Shown here piece by piece: positions 19,314 through 28,635 of a stretch of 64,000 nt of DNA; the stretch's first letter is position 1, and every line of letters begins with the position of its first letter. The notes beneath the pieces are model-generated. The model ran no database searches. It had not been told where the DNA came from and was given only the letters and a program-made list of their open reading frames with translations. The translations under genes were made by a program, and so were the position numbers. This DNA is from Alphaproteobacteria bacterium UBA3635 (GTDB lineage: Bacteria; Pseudomonadota; Alphaproteobacteria; Rs-D84), in the NCBI GenBank assembly GCA_002373935.1, contig DFKW01000002.1, positions 4,819 through 68,818 of the forward strand, given 5' to 3'.

Positions 19314-22181
19314 ATGAGGGCTCTAAATCTGTTTTTAGCCGTGTTTTTCGCTGTGCCAATCTGTGATGGCGCAGTTGCCGCCGTTGCAAAAAATGCGACA
19401 CGGTCACAAAACACATCGGCACGCACAACCCAAAACATATCAACACGTGGTGCCCAAACAATCCGATCACGAACACAATCAAATACAACGGTGTCATCAC
19501 GCACGGCAACAAATAAAAATATCATATCTCGTCCGGCATCAACCATATCGCGCACGGCAACGGCAACCCGCGCCACAACCGCGCGCACGGCAACGAATAA
19601 ATCCACCACATCACGTGCGGCGGTCCACCCACAATCACGCATATCTCGTACCGGCGTGTCACGTGCGGCAACAACAACCCAAACACGTGATGCGATAATG
19701 TCGCGCGATTTTGGCAAATGTAAAACTGTATTTTTCGATTGTATGGATGAATTTTGCGCTAACAAGGATGCACAACTGAAACGATGCGCATGTTCGACCC
19801 GTGCGAACGAATTCACGGCAACGAAAAAATCATTGGACGATGTCGAAGATAAATTATTAGATTTCAGTCAACGCCTGCTTCGGGTCAACATGGACCCGAA
19901 CGATGCCGCGGTTATAAACCGTGCAACCGAGGGCGAGACGGCATATTACGCAACCGCGGACAAAACCGCATCTAAAAAAACATTGGATGAAATTGCGAAA
20001 AAATTAAATGCCAATTTTGAACAGTCGGGCAACAACATGTCTGCACTGTCATGGTCTTTGGACATTGATTCGGCGTTTGATTCTGTTGACCCATTATCGG
20101 GTGCATCAACAACGGCAAAATCCGGTGTTGCGTTGCGTAATGCGGCACTGCCAATTTGTCGTGAAATGGCGGCCGAGGTTTGTGATGCTACCGACATCAC
20201 ACTGGTTGAAAACAGTTATAATATGGCGATTGAACAAGATTGCAATACGGTCAAAAAATCGTTTGAAACACAAACACAATCGGCACGCACAAAAATATTG
20301 GAATCGGGCGCACTGTTGGACATGACGCGGTTAAATAAATACCAAGAAAACAATGCCGACGACATTTTGACATGCAAATCGAAAATGTTGGATATGTTGA
20401 CCGATACCAATGTATGCGGTACGGATTTAACAAAATGTTTGGATATATCGGGGCGATATATAAACCCAACAACGGGCGCGGCGTTTTTGTCACCGGAACT
20501 GGTGAATATATCGACATTGATTGTGCGACCAACATCTAGCGATTCTTGGGCAAAAATACCGCAAAACGCATCATTTGTGTCATACCTGAATGCCAAGAAA
20601 AAATACATTGAACCTGCAACAAAAAATTGTGAATCTATTGCCGACGATGTATGGGACACATTTATCGACGATGCATTGGCAAAAATAAAATTGGCACAAA
20701 ATGCCAAATTGGAAGAAGTGCGTCAATCATGCACAACATTGTTGACCGAATGCATTGCCAACGCAAACGACAGTTTATCTGAATTTGATTCACGTGCCCT
20801 GTCAACATTTGGTGTAATATCTGACAAAACGGCAAACGCATTGTGCGAAAATGTGCGCGCATCTTGCAACGCGATTATGCAATACAGTCCTGACGACACA
20901 ATCCAAATTGCCACCAACCAAAACGCATGGTCTGACGGCGTTCGCGACATTGCGGCAAGCGAAACATATAATAAAATTATAAACACATGTCGTGAAATTG
21001 GACGCGATTGCATAATAAATTCTTGCAAATCAATCACGGGTAATTTCGGTCTGTGCGAAAGTATAAACGGTTCGGTCAACCGTCATTCGATATTGACACG
21101 TGCGGCATGCTGGAACGAGGTTTATAATTGTGTCGCATCGGCCAGTAACGAAACTATTAAAAATATATACAACATTTTACCAAACGCCGACACCGCACCG
21201 CAAAGTTTGTATGAACAAATGTACAGCCAACAATTGACATCATTGGGCGACAATTCCGTATATGATATATGCCGCGATGGCGAAGGAAAATGCACCCAAC
21301 AATCCGGCACAACCGCCACAGATCGTCCCGACACAGATTGCTATAAATGTCGTATTGCCGAACAAATTTGGGGCAATTGCAAATCCAAACCCGACAACCG
21401 TTCTGAAAATCCAATTTTGACTCCAAACGACCCGGCAACAACAACATTATTATCATGGTTTGCTAAAAATACACATACCGACACCGACAAAAATTCATGT
21501 GCGACATCCATTTGTCCCGCGGGCAGTTTAGATTATACCGTTGGCACATCAATTATGTGTGTCGCACCAAATAACATTGTTCAATGTCCAACACAAAACA
21601 TTTTATGCCAGGAAACATTTACAACCCCAACCGGCACAACAAACTGTTGTCCGACAAATAATTTTGATATTGCCGGCAATTGTTGCATGGATAATATGAT
21701 ATCGCAATACACAGATCATATATCTGATAACACCTATACCGGCGCATACTGCACCAAAACCGGCACATCAAATATGACCCAGGTTGCTCAATACACAACC
21801 AACAACACAACAACGCGCATATTCTGCACCGGGGACGTGACCGGTACGATTGGCGACGAAGCACAGGTAAATTGCAATGGCGATTATATAATTGTTGAAT
21901 GCAACGGGACAACCTGCACATACAAAACCCCAATACCGGCGGGCAACGGGATTGATTATACAGATGATTACAGTGCGAACTATTTCATCAACGCCGACGG
22001 CGCAACGGTGTCCGGCACCGGCGACAATCAAACAATAACCACAATAACCGACAGCGCGGACCTGAGCGCATATTGCCCAACAAACGACGACCACCAACCC
22101 AACCAATGCACCCGCACCACAACCGGCTGGACCGGCAACGGATGTGGTGGCACCGGCGGTCATTGGATGATAAAATTTTAA
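19314..22181 (+). CDS. Very large secreted Cys-rich protein (955 aa) with Ser/Thr/Arg-rich N-terminal low-complexity region
   Basis: AAGGAA SD and signal peptide MRALNLFLAVFFAVPICDGAVAA. Residues ~25-125 are repetitive (SRTAT-type). Many Cys follow, starting at FGKCKTVFFDCMDEFC. Ends ...HWMIKF. Confidence 0.75.
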   Translation: MRALNLFLAVFFAVPICDGAVAAVAKNATRSQNTSARTTQNISTRGAQTIRSRTQSNTTVSSRTATNKNIISRPASTISRTATATRATTARTATNKSTTSRAAVHPQSRISRTGVSRAATTTQTRDAIMSRDFGKCKTVFFDCMDEFCANKDAQLKRCACSTRANEFTATKKSLDDVEDKLLDFSQRLLRVNMDPNDAAVINRATEGETAYYATADKTASKKTLDEIAKKLNANFEQSGNNMSALSWSLDIDSAFDSVDPLSGASTTAKSGVALRNAALPICREMAAEVCDATDITLVENSYNMAIEQDCNTVKKSFETQTQSARTKILESGALLDMTRLNKYQENNADDILTCKSKMLDMLTDTNVCGTDLTKCLDISGRYINPTTGAAFLSPELVNISTLIVRPTSSDSWAKIPQNASFVSYLNAKKKYIEPATKNCESIADDVWDTFIDDALAKIKLAQNAKLEEVRQSCTTLLTECIANANDSLSEFDSRALSTFGVISDKTANALCENVRASCNAIMQYSPDDTIQIATNQNAWSDGVRDIAASETYNKIINTCREIGRDCIINSCKSITGNFGLCESINGSVNRHSILTRAACWNEVYNCVASASNETIKNIYNILPNADTAPQSLYEQMYSQQLTSLGDNSVYDICRDGEGKCTQQSGTTATDRPDTDCYKCRIAEQIWGNCKSKPDNRSENPILTPNDPATTTLLSWFAKNTHTDTDKNSCATSICPAGSLDYTVGTSIMCVAPNNIVQCPTQNILCQETFTTPTGTTNCCPTNNFDIAGNCCMDNMISQYTDHISDNTYTGAYCTKTGTSNMTQVAQYTTNNTTTRIFCTGDVTGTIGDEAQVNCNGDYIIVECNGTTCTYKTPIPAGNGIDYTDDYSANYFINADGATVSGTGDNQTITTITDSADLSAYCPTNDDHQPNQCTRTTTGWTGNGCGGTGGHWMIKF

Positions 22182-22272
22182 AAAATTCTTGGATTTGTTT
22201 CCCAACACTTAATTATTGACAAAACAATTTTTTTATGTCAACATCCATGTATATAAACCTAAGGAGCATTCC

Positions 22273-22692
22273 ATGAAAAAAACAGTTTCTTATAATATTA
22301 AAAAAGTTTTGGCGGGCACAATTTTGGCAACATTACCATTTGCATTTGGCGGCTGTGAAAAAGACCCAGTGAAACCAGACAACAATAAACCAAAAATAGC
22401 AAGATTGGTTTTCGATAAAAATGGTCACCATATTGAATTGGATACAATTCGTTATTATCTGAACCAAGGTTTCGATTCCATTTACATGATTGCAAATCCA
22501 TCTGATATGTTCGTAGAAATTGATAATATACATAACGCTACATTGTTCTTACAGGACCGTGTCAATTTAAGTTCAAAAGTTCGTGGCAAAGACAAATTAG
22601 AAGTAAACAAATATACAAACCCAGCAGACAGACAACAGTTATCAAATATGGGATTCACCGTTGTCGTTAACAATGATATAAAAAGCCGTTAA
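22273..22692 (+). CDS. Lipoprotein, hypothetical (139 aa)
   Basis: ATG 22273 after an AAGGAG SD. Lipobox LPFAFGG-C. Confidence 0.65.
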   Translation: MKKTVSYNIKKVLAGTILATLPFAFGGCEKDPVKPDNNKPKIARLVFDKNGHHIELDTIRYYLNQGFDSIYMIANPSDMFVEIDNIHNATLFLQDRVNLSSKVRGKDKLEVNKYTNPADRQQLSNMGFTVVVNNDIKSR

Positions 22693-22751
22693 CAAATAAA
22701 ACATACAAGTTATACCAAAAAGATGGCAATAAAACCATCTTTTTCATTTGC

Positions 22752-22797
22752 AAAAAAACTTCCTTTTGTTTAACATAAAAACAAAGGAAGTTTTTTT
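22752..22797 (+). terminator. Strong hairpin plus T-run after the lipoprotein gene
   Basis: A-run, CTTCCTTTTGTT...AACAAAGGAAG stem, then TTTTTTT. The 3' arm and T-run contain the SD and TTG start of the next gene. Confidence 0.7.
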
Positions 22798-23524
22798 GCG
22801 TAAATTATTATCTATTTTTTTTGCTATAATATTATCTCCAACCTTTACAATGGCTGATTGCAATCTGAACAGTGAATCAACAGGATGTATTTCTTATAAT
22901 GGTTGCGAATTTAAAGACGAAGGTTTTTCTGGCCAATTCTGTCAAGAATGTTATGCATATAAATTCAATAACTCAACAGAAAATTCAACCTCGTGCAAGA
23001 GTTGTGAAACAGATTATGATTTTGATACAATGAATACAGGAAAACAGTGGGATTCCACAGATGATTCAAGAGGCAATACCGAATGCCCATGGATATGTAC
23101 CGACAATTGGTATAAATCTGGCGATTCTTGCGTTCATTGTCCAACTGGTGCAATCAGCCCCGCTGGCTCTGATGATGTAAACGATTGCATATGTCCAACT
23201 GGCACACACTTGGCATACAACAACGGAACATACTCTTGCGAGCAATGTTCATGCACACCACCAGAAAACAGTTCTTGCACAACCACATACAATGAAACAA
23301 CTGGGTGTCAAACAACAATTACATGTGATGTCGGATATTACAAAACAGAAACATCCGGAACCGTATCATGTACCGCGTGTCCGGCGGGCGCAACAACCGG
23401 CACGGCCGGTGCCACCGCCAAATCTGCGTGCCACATGACCCAAAACACAAAATTCTGTGATGCGAACGGCGAAAATTGCATGAAATTATTATCCGGTCAA
23501 AATCAAAATAGCATAAATCAATAA
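22796..23524 (+). CDS. Secreted Cys-rich repeat protein (furin-like / ephrin-receptor-like CPxG repeats)
   Basis: TTG 22796 gives the signal peptide RKLLSIFFAIILSPTFTMA. The mature part has repeated C..C and CP(T/A)G motifs (CVHCPTGAISPAGS, CTACPAGATTGTAGATAKSAC). Confidence 0.6.
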   Translation: MRKLLSIFFAIILSPTFTMADCNLNSESTGCISYNGCEFKDEGFSGQFCQECYAYKFNNSTENSTSCKSCETDYDFDTMNTGKQWDSTDDSRGNTECPWICTDNWYKSGDSCVHCPTGAISPAGSDDVNDCICPTGTHLAYNNGTYSCEQCSCTPPENSSCTTTYNETTGCQTTITCDVGYYKTETSGTVSCTACPAGATTGTAGATAKSACHMTQNTKFCDANGENCMKLLSGQNQNSINQ

Positions 23525-23539
23525 AATCTTCGGCCTTTG

Positions 23540-23745
23540 ACCATCCCCTTCTTTATGAAAGAAGGGGTGGATGGCGCAGCCAGACGGGGTAATTGTGCAC
23601 GGCGATGTAGTGAAACGAAATCGCCATAAAAAGTTTAAAAAAAATCACAATTACCTCCCCCGCTAACGTGGGTACTCCTTCTTTCATAACCCAGGCCCCA
23701 AACAAACCTGTTTGTTTGGGTGGAAACGAAGGAGACGGGCTAGCG
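23540..23745. repeat. Cluster of GC-rich imperfect palindromes (CCCCTTCTTT / AAAGAAGGGG type)
   Basis: Three nested hairpins read directly in a convergent intergenic region. Related motifs occur at 33037-33084. Confidence 0.5.
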
Positions 23746-23765
23746 CCCGAATAAAAAAGAATTAC

Positions 23766-24284
23766 TTAAATTTTTATCTCTTCAATTGCGGTTTTAATCT
23801 CGCCCAATTGCGCCGGGGAAAATTTTCCCAAAACCCAATCCGCCGGGTCCATCGGGTTTTCAAAATCACGCGGGTGACCGATACCAACCCTGATACGCCG
23901 ATATTCACGTCCCACTGCCGCATCAATTGATTTTATACCGTTGTGACCGGCACTGCCCCCGCCCGTCTTTTCGCGCAATTTACCATTTGGCAAATCCATA
24001 TCGTCATGAATCACAATTAAATTTTCCAGTGGGATTTTATAAAATGTCATCAACGCCAAGACGGCACGGCCACTGTCGTTCATAAATGTTTGTGGTTTTG
24101 CCAAAATTGCCACGCGCCCCGCAACATCCACCCGCGTGGTCAGTGCATTTTTTTCATGTTTCCATAATGCCCCCGCGCCCGCAATTGCATCCACCGCCAT
24201 AAATCCAACATTATGACGCGTCACCGCATATTCCGCCCCGGGATTGCCCAGTCCAACAATCAACAACGGTTTATTTTCTTGCAT
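23766..24284 (-). CDS. pth: Peptidyl-tRNA hydrolase
   Basis: 172 aa with the VGLGNPGAEY..TRHNVGF motif. Confidence 0.93.
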   Translation of the reverse strand: MQENKPLLIVGLGNPGAEYAVTRHNVGFMAVDAIAGAGALWKHEKNALTTRVDVAGRVAILAKPQTFMNDSGRAVLALMTFYKIPLENLIVIHDDMDLPNGKLREKTGGGSAGHNGIKSIDAAVGREYRRIRVGIGHPRDFENPMDPADWVLGKFSPAQLGEIKTAIEEIKI

Positions 24285-24330
24285 ATCTATAACCCTTTTT
24301 TTAATATAATATCATACAAAGGAGAAAAAA

Positions 24331-24879
24331 ATGAAACAAATTTCAAAATTTTTTATAGGCACCGTTTTAACAACCGCTACAATCGGCGCGGCATCGGCAA
24401 ATCCGGTTATTGATGTATATGCCGGCGGCATGTTTGGTGCGGGTGGCGCGGTTGCGTATATGGACCATCATCATAAAAACGACGCGGCCCAATCTTTTGG
24501 CGCCCTGTTTGGTATTGATATTCCGCTTATTCGGGTCGAGGCCGAATATAACCATTTAACAAACGACAGTTTTTCAACCAATGATGCGATGTTGAACGCA
24601 TATTTCAAAATGTTATCAACAATGATTCACCCGTATATTGGTGTGGGTGTCGGTTCGGTATTTGGCGGACATGTATCTGAAAACAATATCAATTACGACA
24701 TCAAATCAACCGTCGCATACCAGGGTATGTTGGGTCTGACATTTGACATTTTGGCATTGCCATTAAAATTCGATGTCGAAGGTCGTGCCCTGTACGCGCC
24801 AAACTTTGCAGAAATCGGCAACAGCAAACCTGATTTCTTGCAATATGATGCGCGTTTGAAATTGCGTTATATATTTTAA
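24331..24879 (+). CDS. Small outer-membrane beta-barrel protein (OmpA-like/Opacity-type barrel)
   Basis: 182 aa. Signal peptide ending ASA, size consistent with an eight-strand barrel, terminal ...LRYIF. Confidence 0.65.
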   Translation: MKQISKFFIGTVLTTATIGAASANPVIDVYAGGMFGAGGAVAYMDHHHKNDAAQSFGALFGIDIPLIRVEAEYNHLTNDSFSTNDAMLNAYFKMLSTMIHPYIGVGVGSVFGGHVSENNINYDIKSTVAYQGMLGLTFDILALPLKFDVEGRALYAPNFAEIGNSKPDFLQYDARLKLRYIF

Positions 24880-24889
24880 TGGATGACGC

Positions 24890-27673
24890 ATGCTGACATT
24901 AATTGACGGAAATTCTTTATTATTTCGTGCATATTACGGTGTGCACACGCGTTTGACGCGGCGGGACGGCAAACCCACCGGGGCGGTTTACGGTTTTCTG
25001 AATATGATTTTGCCCGTTTTGGGTGCGGCAAAACCGGACGATTGCTTTGTGTGCGTTTTCGACGCATCGCGTCAAACTTTCCGTCAAGGAATATATTCTG
25101 CATACAAACAAAATCGCGATGAAACCCCCGCTGATTTAATCGCGCAAAGTTATATGGTGCGCGATTGTATGCGTGCAATCGGTATGCCGGTTTTGTGCAT
25201 CCCCGGGGTCGAGGCCGACGATGTTATCGCAACATTGGCGCGGCGTTTTTGCGACATGCATGACAAAACCCGCATTATTTCCAGTGATAAAGATTTAATG
25301 CAACTGGTGTCTGATTGTGTATTTTTATATGACGGGATGAAACAAACCGAAATTCACGAAACGCAAGTTTTCGAAAAATTTGGTGTCCGCCCAACCCAAG
25401 TTATCGACGCACAAAGTTTAATTGGTGACACATCCGACAATGTGCCGGGCGTTCACGGCATTGGTCCAAAAAAGGCGGCGGAACTGATAACCGAATTTGG
25501 CTCTCTGGACGGCATTTATGAACATATCAATGACATAAAAAATGAACGCGTGCGTAATTTATTGATTGACGGACGCGATGCGGCATATATGTCAAAAAAA
25601 TTGGTCACATTAAAAGATGATGTTGACCTGGCCGATTTAGAAATCACACCGTTTGTGTTTAATACGCCGTCCGCATTAAAATATGTTCGCGATGAAATCG
25701 AAAGTAATTCTCTGGCGGACAAAATTCAGAAATTATTCCCGATTGAAAACTATGACCCGTCCCGTCAAACAGAATTTACATACGCCGGGTCAATTTGTCC
25801 CGCGGCACCCGATGCGCCATGCGACACGCCCGCCGCACCAATTGACGAATTGGCAACTATGCAATTTGAAACAATCAACACAATAAAAAAACTGGATGCA
25901 TTTTTATCACACATAAAAAACATTGTCGCCATTGATACCGAAACAACCGGCGTTGATACAATGACGGCACAAATCGTTGGTATGTCTATCGCATATGATA
26001 AAATACACGGTGCGTATATTCCATTAAATCACGTCAACCCCGACACGAATTTATTTGATACCAACACACGCGCCCCGAACCAGTTAAATATATCTGACGT
26101 TATCGACAAAATCATGCCGATTTTATCAAACGAAAAAATTATCAAAGTTGCCCATAATTTCAAATACGATTTGCACATTTTGGCAAACGCCGGCCTAGAC
26201 ATCACAAAAATAAAAAACATGGACGATACGATGTTGCTGTCTTATATTTTGCACGGCACATTACACGGTCATGGGTTGGATGAATTGGCGTCAAAATACC
26301 TACATCACGAAAATATAAAGTTTTCATCATTGTTCCCGGCAAATGTTTCGGATGCAAATCGCAATTTTGCAACGGTTGATATCGCGCCTGCAACCGATTA
26401 TGCCGGCGAAGACGCGGTTGTTTGCTTTGCGTTATACGAAAAATTCCGCCACGAATTGGACTCAAACGAGAAATTAAAAAATTTATATGAAACATGCGAT
26501 CGACCATTGATGCCAATTTTAACAGATATGGAACGCAACGGGGTTTTGGTAAATCGCAATGGATTACAAAATTTATCATCGGTGTTTCATGTGCAACTGG
26601 AAAATTTACAGCGCGAAATTTGGGATTTGTCCGGGCACGAATTTAATATCGCCAGTCCGAAACAACTGGGCACGGTTTTGTTCGATGAATTAAAATTACC
26701 CAGTAACAAAAAACGTTCCACCGATGCAGAGGCATTAAACGCACTGAGCGAAGAACACCCAATAATTGAAAAAATCCTGAATTGGCGCAGCATATCAAAA
26801 TTGGCGGGCACATACGCGGACGCATTACCAAAACAAATTGCCGCCGATGGGCGCATCCACACAACATATATGCAAACATCAACAAATACCGGACGATTGT
26901 CCAGTCGCGATCCAAACCTGCAAAACATACCCATCCGCACAGAATTAGGCACCGAAATCCGTCGTTGTTTTGTCGCGCCCGCGGGTCGCGTTTTGATATC
27001 GGTTGACTATTCACAAATTCAACTCAGGTTATTGGCGGATGTTGCGCATATAAAAACATTTTGCGACACATTTAATGCCGGGACCGACATTCACGAACAA
27101 ACGGCACGAAAAATATTTAACATTGGTGCAAACACACCCGTTTCAAAATCACAACGTCGTGCGGCCAAAACGGTGAACTTTTCAATCATATACGGCATTT
27201 CATCATTTGGATTGGCGGCGCAACTGGGGCTCTCGCGGGGCGACGCAAAACAAATCATCGACGCGTATATGGCGGGCCTGCCCGAGATAAAAAAATACAT
27301 CGACGACACACGGGAATTCGCCACCAAAAACGCATGTGTTTATACACCATGGGGTCGCCGAATTGAATTACCGGAAATAAAAACCCCACGGCTGCGGCAA
27401 TATGCAATCCGCGCCGCAATCAACGCCCCAATCCAGGGATTCGAGGCCGATTTAATGCGTTGCGCGATGGTGAAAATTGCCAACGACATCGTGCGCCCTA
27501 ACGCGGACAAAATCAAAATGATTCTCCAGGTTCACGACGAAATCATATTTGAATGCGACGCCGACGCGGCCGACAAATTTGCCACCCAGATAAAATCAAC
27601 AATGGAAAACATCACGAAACTGTCCGTGCCATTGGTCGCCGAAAGCGTCATCGGTGACACGTGGGATAAATAA
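24890..27673 (+). CDS. polA: DNA polymerase I
   Basis: 927 aa. N-terminal 5'-3' exonuclease, central exo-like domain, and Pol A motifs VDYSQIQLR, RRAAKTVNFSIIYG and LQVHDEIIFE. Confidence 0.97.
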   Translation: MLTLIDGNSLLFRAYYGVHTRLTRRDGKPTGAVYGFLNMILPVLGAAKPDDCFVCVFDASRQTFRQGIYSAYKQNRDETPADLIAQSYMVRDCMRAIGMPVLCIPGVEADDVIATLARRFCDMHDKTRIISSDKDLMQLVSDCVFLYDGMKQTEIHETQVFEKFGVRPTQVIDAQSLIGDTSDNVPGVHGIGPKKAAELITEFGSLDGIYEHINDIKNERVRNLLIDGRDAAYMSKKLVTLKDDVDLADLEITPFVFNTPSALKYVRDEIESNSLADKIQKLFPIENYDPSRQTEFTYAGSICPAAPDAPCDTPAAPIDELATMQFETINTIKKLDAFLSHIKNIVAIDTETTGVDTMTAQIVGMSIAYDKIHGAYIPLNHVNPDTNLFDTNTRAPNQLNISDVIDKIMPILSNEKIIKVAHNFKYDLHILANAGLDITKIKNMDDTMLLSYILHGTLHGHGLDELASKYLHHENIKFSSLFPANVSDANRNFATVDIAPATDYAGEDAVVCFALYEKFRHELDSNEKLKNLYETCDRPLMPILTDMERNGVLVNRNGLQNLSSVFHVQLENLQREIWDLSGHEFNIASPKQLGTVLFDELKLPSNKKRSTDAEALNALSEEHPIIEKILNWRSISKLAGTYADALPKQIAADGRIHTTYMQTSTNTGRLSSRDPNLQNIPIRTELGTEIRRCFVAPAGRVLISVDYSQIQLRLLADVAHIKTFCDTFNAGTDIHEQTARKIFNIGANTPVSKSQRRAAKTVNFSIIYGISSFGLAAQLGLSRGDAKQIIDAYMAGLPEIKKYIDDTREFATKNACVYTPWGRRIELPEIKTPRLRQYAIRAAINAPIQGFEADLMRCAMVKIANDIVRPNADKIKMILQVHDEIIFECDADAADKFATQIKSTMENITKLSVPLVAESVIGDTWDK

Positions 27674-27676
27674 ATG

Positions 27677-27704
27677 TTGATTTTTACCCTACTCTTTTTA
27701 TAAT
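27677..27704 (+). promoter_or_regulatory. Candidate sigma70 promoter for tRNA-Arg(CCG)
   Basis: TTGATT, 16-nt spacer, TATAAT. The -10 ends 10 nt before the tRNA 5' end. Confidence 0.5.
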
Positions 27705-27714
27705 GCACACATAT

Positions 27715-27791
27715 GCACCCGTGGCTCAACTGGATAAAGCACCACCCTCCGAAGGTGGGGATTGCGCGTTCGAATCGCGCCGGGTGCGCCA
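27715..27791 (+). tRNA. tRNA-Arg, anticodon CCG
   Basis: Acceptor GCACCCG/CGGGTGC, anticodon stem CCACC/GGTGG with loop CTCCGAA, T arm GCGCG-TTCGAAT-CGCGC, encoded CCA. Confidence 0.9.
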
Positions 27792-27795
27792 CCAA

Positions 27796-27825
27796 TTTTC
27801 GTTATTGCGCGTGAAACGCACAATT
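27796..27825 (+). repeat. Perfect 30-bp direct repeat, copy 1 (TTTTCGTTATTGCGCGTGAAACGCACAATT)
   Basis: Identical to 27913-27942. Contains the hairpin that follows the tRNA. Confidence 0.9.
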
Positions 27826-27899
27826 AAGAAAATTGAGTGCCACGCCGTAGCTATGCATAACCTGGGAAATATATTTCAGATTTATCGGCGAAGGCGGGC
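27826..27899 (+). repeat. 76-nt repeat family, copy A
   Basis: AAGAAAATTGAGTGCCACGCCGTAGC ... TATCGGCGAAGGCGGGC. Same end blocks as copies B-E. Confidence 0.8.
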
Positions 27900-27912
27900 T
27901 AAACAAATCGAT

Positions 27913-27942
27913 TTTTCGTTATTGCGCGTGAAACGCACAATT
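27913..27942 (+). repeat. Perfect 30-bp direct repeat, copy 2
   Basis: Identical to 27796-27825. Confidence 0.9.
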
Positions 27943-27958
27943 CAAGGACTTTTATAAT

Positions 27959-28420
27959 ATGTTTCGCTTTATCATCATTTTATCTGTAATTTTGCCACTG
28001 ACCGCATGCAACAGCGTTTATGTCAAACCAAATTCATTGGACACTTCACAAAAGATTTATGTTCCCGTTGGCGGTTATTCTATGAAACGCTCTATCAAGG
28101 TTGCCATGCAAAACCGCGGATATAACATCCGCACCGGCGCATTGATAAAAACCCACGATACCGCCGATGATTCAAATGATTTTGACCTGGAAACATATCA
28201 GATTCCATCTGGCACAAAATATTCCGTTCGCGTCCGTGAACGCAGTGAAATTTTCCGTCCCATTTGGTGCATGTTTAACGGATTTTGGTGGTGGAATTTT
28301 AATGTATCCATCGTTGAACAAAAAACCGGCACAGAAATTTTATCCTGGCGCGGCCGCGGTTGCCAAAACAGCTCCCTGCGCAAATTGGACGAATTACTGG
28401 AAACAATGGAAATAAAATAA
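27959..28420 (+). CDS. Lipoprotein, hypothetical (153 aa)
   Basis: Lipobox ILPLTA-C. No recognisable family. Confidence 0.6.
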   Translation: MFRFIIILSVILPLTACNSVYVKPNSLDTSQKIYVPVGGYSMKRSIKVAMQNRGYNIRTGALIKTHDTADDSNDFDLETYQIPSGTKYSVRVRERSEIFRPIWCMFNGFWWWNFNVSIVEQKTGTEILSWRGRGCQNSSLRKLDELLETMEIK

Positions 28421-28429
28421 CGAAATTTC

Positions 28430-28457
28430 TTGCATTTTTCAAAATATTACTATAAAA
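28430..28457 (+). promoter_or_regulatory. Candidate promoter of the rpsA leader
   Basis: TTGCAT, 15-16 nt spacer, TATAAAAT. Confidence 0.4.
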
Positions 28458-28600
28458 TGGACCTGATTTTCGCGGGTGGGCGCGGAAATCATCCGACAAA
28501 CCCCACAAGTCCTTACAAATGTGCCCGGCACATTTGTTAAAGTGCAATTTGCAAAGTGCAAAGTACAAATAATGCAGTGCAACAAAGTTGCACACAAAAA

Positions 28601-28635
28601 TTGAACTTTGAACTTTGAACTTTGAACTTTGAAAA
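28601..28635 (+). repeat. Tandem heptamer (TTGAACT) x4 plus a partial unit
   Basis: Read directly, 48 nt upstream of the rpsA ATG. Confidence 0.9.

Noticed and set aside
23525-23765. Possible SRP RNA, tmRNA, RNase P RNA or 6S RNA in the structured intergenic region
   Set aside because: I found no SRP domain IV motif, no tRNA-like TTCGA-type T-arm with a CCA end, no GGAAAGTCCGG-type RNase P box and no tag-peptide ORF. The hairpins look like palindromic repeat units.
28601-28635. Tandem heptamers as a possible CRISPR-like or other spaced repeat array
   Set aside because: The units are contiguous 7-mers without spacers. No CRISPR-type repeat-spacer array exists anywhere in the window.
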